A DNA stretch of 36,543 bases, taken from assembly GCA_023253435.1 (NCBI GenBank), contig JALRGJ010000001.1, forward strand, positions 1 to 36,543. Direction: 5' to 3'. Shown piece after piece: positions 35,355 to 36,543 of the stretch (position 1 is the stretch's first letter; each line of letters opens with the position of its first letter). Position numbers and translations under genes: made by a program. Under the pieces are notes generated by a model. It was not told the DNA's origin. It saw only the letters and a program-made list of their open reading frames with translations, and ran no database searches. This DNA is from Ilumatobacteraceae bacterium (lineage in GTDB: Bacteria; Actinomycetota; Acidimicrobiia; Acidimicrobiales; Ilumatobacteraceae).

Positions 35355-36314
35355 ATGACTCGCCTTGGCTATCAAATACCAAACTTCACCTATCCCGCCG
35401 GAACAAACATTTTCAATAGTGTTGTAGAGCAAGCTAAGGCTGCCGAGGCCGCCGGCTTTGACCGTGTCTTGGTGATGGATCACTTTTATCAACTTCCCGG
35501 CATCGGTGTTCATTCAGAACCAATGATGGAGTGTTACACGATGTTGTCTGCACTGGCTCAACACACATCAAAAGTGCGATTGTCTGCGTTAGTGACGGGG
35601 AATACATATCGAAATCCCACATTGTTGGCAAAAACCATCACATCTCTTGATCATGTCTCACAAGGACGAGCCACTTTGGGAATTGGTGCGGGTTGGTTTG
35701 AATTAGAACACAACTCATTGGGATATGAGTTTGGAACTTTTACGGATCGATTTGAGAAATTAGAAGAAGCGCTTAACATCATTATCCCAATGCTTCGAGG
35801 CGAGGAAGTGACATTCACCGGAAAACACTATTCAGTATCTCAAGCTGTGAACTCGCCAGCACCTATCTCACGAATTCCCATAATGATTGGTGGAAGTGGC
35901 GAGAAAAAGACACTGCGGATGGTTGCTCAGTACGCCGATGAATCCAACTTGTCCAGAGGGACGGCAGACGAGGTAAAACACAAACTTGAGGTGTTAGACG
36001 AGCATTGTGGTCGTCTCGGGCGAAACAGGTCAGACATCAAAGTCACAAAAATGACAATGGTATGTGTCGCTCCCACAATGGAACAGGCCATGGCTGATGC
36101 TCGTGCACTTGCGGGTGTTAAGGGCTGGTCCAATGAGGTGATCGAGATGATCAAAGGAATGATTATTTTCGGAGACCCAGACACTGTGGGTGAACAAATT
36201 CAAGAATTTGTTGACGCAGGGATTGATGGGCTCACGATCAATCTTCCCATCAACGGCCACATCACTGAAAGAATTTCTCTCGTAGGCGAGATTGCAAACA
36301 AAATTCTTAACTAG
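35355..36314 (+). CDS. LLM-class F420-dependent oxidoreductase
   Basis: It has RLGYQIPNFTYP, VMDHFYQLP, LVTGNTYRNPTLLAKT and LGIGAGW. This pattern is typical of the actinobacterial F420-dependent LLM subfamily. Confidence 0.85.
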   Translation: MTRLGYQIPNFTYPAGTNIFNSVVEQAKAAEAAGFDRVLVMDHFYQLPGIGVHSEPMMECYTMLSALAQHTSKVRLSALVTGNTYRNPTLLAKTITSLDHVSQGRATLGIGAGWFELEHNSLGYEFGTFTDRFEKLEEALNIIIPMLRGEEVTFTGKHYSVSQAVNSPAPISRIPIMIGGSGEKKTLRMVAQYADESNLSRGTADEVKHKLEVLDEHCGRLGRNRSDIKVTKMTMVCVAPTMEQAMADARALAGVKGWSNEVIEMIKGMIIFGDPDTVGEQIQEFVDAGIDGLTINLPINGHITERISLVGEIANKILN

Positions 36315-36323
36315 ACAATTTCT

Positions 36324-36543
36324 TTACTGAATTTCGTCGTTATCAAGCATTTTTTGTAATTGAGTAGCAATAGAGGAGCTGCGTGAATCGGTAGCCATTC
36401 GACTCTCATATTTCACGGCACTGTCATGTGCATATGCAAAAAACTCTTGCTCTTTTGCATTGATCAACGCGACAAGATGCTCATCCACGGTGTTTTTAGC
36501 AAGAAGGCGGTGAACAACAACCTGTCTGCTTTGTCCCATGCGG
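36324..36543 (-). CDS. SNF2/DEAD-like helicase, C-terminal end only (5' part lies outside the window)
   Basis: The frame is open to the window edge and reads R-MGQSRQVVVHRLLAKNTVDEHLVALINAKEQ..., which is the helicase motif VI context (RxGQ...V.V.RL) typical of SNF2-family C-termini. Confidence 0.7.
   Translation of the reverse strand, partial: RMGQSRQVVVHRLLAKNTVDEHLVALINAKEQEFFAYAHDSAVKYESRMATDSRSSSIATQLQKMLDNDEIQ

Noticed and set aside
1-36543. Search for tRNA or rRNA genes, CRISPR repeats, IS elements or transposases, integrases, phage genes, toxin-antitoxin pairs, and retinal/carotenoid genes (blh, crtEBIY)
   Set aside because: All intergenic gaps are 154 bp or shorter and show no periodic repeats or cloverleaf-like segments. 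No ORF has transposase, integrase, phage or carotenoid-pathway motifs.

Overview
The window is 36.5 kb of densely packed chromosomal DNA. I call 34 protein-coding genes, one of which is a speculative 53-aa ORF. I found no rRNA, tRNA, CRISPR array, transposase or integrase. Several features suggest an Actinobacteria-like monoderm of moderate G+C (judged by eye, not computed). These are an F420-type LLM oxidoreductase, an SCO6745-like protein, a CtpE-like P-type ATPase, many TetR regulators, and several apparently leaderless genes. This taxonomic call is inference only.

Most of the window is an oxidoreductase- and hydrolase-rich accessory metabolic region. It encodes a P450, a Baeyer-Villiger monooxygenase, an FAD aromatic hydroxylase, two LLM enzymes, a nitroreductase, VOC and FAH proteins, an extradiol dioxygenase, an arylsulfatase and five TetR regulators.

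The stand-out feature is a heliorhodopsin gene at 26767-27516. It has the retinal-binding Lys and the counter-ion Glu in the expected sequence contexts. It sits in a co-directional five-gene block:
- Upstream is a 1333-aa secreted protein whose C-terminal ~780 aa I cannot assign to any family.
- Nine nt downstream is a DHRS12-like SDR, followed by a nitroreductase and an amidohydrolase.
- A TetR gene is divergent from the block.
- The heliorhodopsin leader contains a perfect 11-bp hairpin that sequesters its Shine-Dalgarno sequence.

Other items worth follow-up:
- a perfect 22-bp palindromic operator candidate in a divergent promoter
- an unannotated 53-aa zinc-ribbon ORF
- a P-type ATPase fused into an operon with an ABC-2 exporter
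- a secreted S1/M10 protease pair
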